From Ignavibacteriota bacterium (GTDB taxonomy: Bacteria > Bacteroidota > Ignavibacteria > Palsa-1295), in the NCBI GenBank assembly GCA_963787835.1, contig CAWBEI010000002.1, positions 992,001 to 1,056,000 on the forward strand: a stretch of DNA of 64,000 nucleotides. The letters run 5' to 3'. The notes below the pieces were generated by a model that was not told where the DNA came from, did not search any database, and worked only from the letters and a program-made list of their open reading frames with translations. Both the position numbers and the translations under genes were made by a program. Positions 62,463-64,000 of this stretch are shown one piece after another; positions within the stretch are counted from its first letter, which is position 1, and each line of letters begins with the position of its first letter.

Positions 62463-63120
62463 TTTGTCAATTAAGAATGAAGAATTAAGAATGAAGAGTA
62501 AGGGATTAGGATTCAAGCTTCTCCTTATTCTAAACTCTTCATTCTTAATTCTTAACTTGGCATCGTGCAGGCAGGATATGCAGGATCAACCGAAGTATCT
62601 GCCCTACCGCGGCAGTGAGATCTTTCCGGACAGCCTTTCCTCGCGCAATTTGGTCGAGGGCACAGTTCCACGTGGATATTTGCGAGAAGACCAGGCGATG
62701 TACACCGGCAAAACAGATGCACCGGTTGCGAGGTCCGCAAATGATACTTCCAAATCAGCAGTCAGCAATGACGTGAACGAATTCCCATTTCCGATCACTC
62801 GCGAAGTATTGGATCGCGGCGAAGAGCGATACAATATTTATTGCTCGCCGTGTCACGGAGTGCTTGGCGATGGAAAGGGTATGATCGCGAACCGAGGACT
62901 TCAGGGACCAGTTTCGTTCCATCAGGACCGGTTGCGGACTGCGCCGCTCGGCCATTTCTACGATGTCATCACCAATGGCTTTGGCAGAATGTCCGATTAC
63001 TCGATGCAGATCCCGCCGCATGAACGCTGGGCGGTTATCGCTTACATTCGCGCTCTTCAGCTCAGCCAAAATGCCAATGTCGCGGACATTCCGCCGGCAG
63101 ACATGCAAAATCTTAAATGA
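62449..63120 (+). CDS. actE: alternative complex III monoheme lipoprotein (start may be 62491)
   Basis: LASC lipobox, DMQDQP, CSPCH, RWAVIAYIRALQ. Confidence 0.92.
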   Translation: MSKDNLSIKNEELRMKSKGLGFKLLLILNSSFLILNLASCRQDMQDQPKYLPYRGSEIFPDSLSSRNLVEGTVPRGYLREDQAMYTGKTDAPVARSANDTSKSAVSNDVNEFPFPITREVLDRGEERYNIYCSPCHGVLGDGKGMIANRGLQGPVSFHQDRLRTAPLGHFYDVITNGFGRMSDYSMQIPPHERWAVIAYIRALQLSQNANVADIPPADMQNLK

Positions 63121-64000
63121 CGGCCAACCAGATTGACACAGACTAACTATACTGTTCCTGCTTCCATCGACCGCATCGGTCGTAATGGCATGATCGCGGC
63201 TGTGATCGGGCTTGTTTTGCTGCTCGTTTCGATCGTTGCGGTTTCGCCCACGCAATTTTTTCATTCCTATCTGCTGGGCTATGTCGTATTTCTCGGCCTG
63301 ACGATGGGCGGCTTCGGGCTGCTGATGCTGCAGTATCTTACGGGCGGCGCATGGGGCGTTGTGGCACGGCGTATTTTCGAAGCCAGTTCGCGATTGGTGC
63401 CGATCGCTGCGATACTTTTCCTTCCCATCCTTTTTGGAATGAAGGATATTTATAGCTGGCTCGATCCTCAAGTGCTCAAGACGAACGCTCTCGTCTCCGG
63501 AAAGTCGGATTATCTCAATGCACCTTTCTGGATCATCCGGGCAGTGCTTTATTTTGCGCTTCTCATCATCATTTCGCTGGTGCTGAATAAGTACGCGAAG
63601 AACATGGATGAACAGCCGGGTTTCAAGTGGAGCCGTAAGCTGGAAAATTTCTCGGGTGGAAGTTTGGTATTATTCTTTATTATCAGCACGCTTGCCGCTA
63701 CCGACTGGCTTATGTCCCTAACGCCAGAGTGGTACTCGACGATCTTCGGATTTATTATTATCGTTGGTCAAGGCATCATGGCGATGACCTTCACGATCAT
63801 AATGATCTGCATGCTTATGAAGGAAGAGCCGATGTCTTCCGTCATTAAGCCGATCCATCTTCATGATCTCGGTAAGCTGCTGTTCGCGTTCAACTTCCTC
63901 TGGGGTTACCTGATGTTCTCGCAATGGATCATTACTTATTCCGGCAATCTTCCGGATGAGATCATGTGGTACCACGAGCGCATTCGCGGCGGATGGGATA
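63117..64000 (+). CDS. actF: alternative complex III subunit F, runs off the window edge
   Basis: Manual translation MTANQID...GGAWG...DWLMSLTPEWYSTIFG...HDLGKLLFAF. Confidence 0.9.

Noticed and set aside
62664-62679. Second parS-like site AGTTCCACGTGGATAT
   Set aside because: Four mismatches to the 781 site; explained by ActE codons TVPRGY.
1-64000. tRNA, rRNA, transposase or integrase genes
   Set aside because: None recognised by eye; tRNAscan-SE and ISEScan would be needed to exclude them.

Overview
Origin-proximal chromosomal window of a diderm bacterium, most likely FCB superphylum (Bacteroidota/Kapabacteria/Ignavibacteria-like). This is inferred from several T9SS-type C-terminal sorting domains, alternative complex III and NrdJ. 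Core genes: mnmG (partial, with a parS palindrome over its start codon), mnmE, yidD, rnpA, rpmH, a displaced yidC, anmK, dnaA, ugd (frameshifted), a UDP-glucuronate decarboxylase, nrdJ, dps and actABCDEF. Accessory content: a ~13 kb block of secreted and fibre-like proteins bracketed by inverted composite repeats; an ECF sigma factor with a likely dual-membrane-spanning anti-sigma; and a stress/defence islet after nrdJ (PIN TA, 909-aa HNH-helical protein, HicBA, ArsR, pyrimidine-dimer-glycosylase-like gene). Two sequence-level patterns stand out. First, two accessory cassettes are each followed by a duplicated copy of the upstream host gene's 3' end, with no integrase in the window. Second, three palindromic repeat families sit in frame inside proteins, including ActB, the ActE signal peptide, NrdJ and a FadF-like enzyme. 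All protein assignments come from motif recognition; no database search was run.
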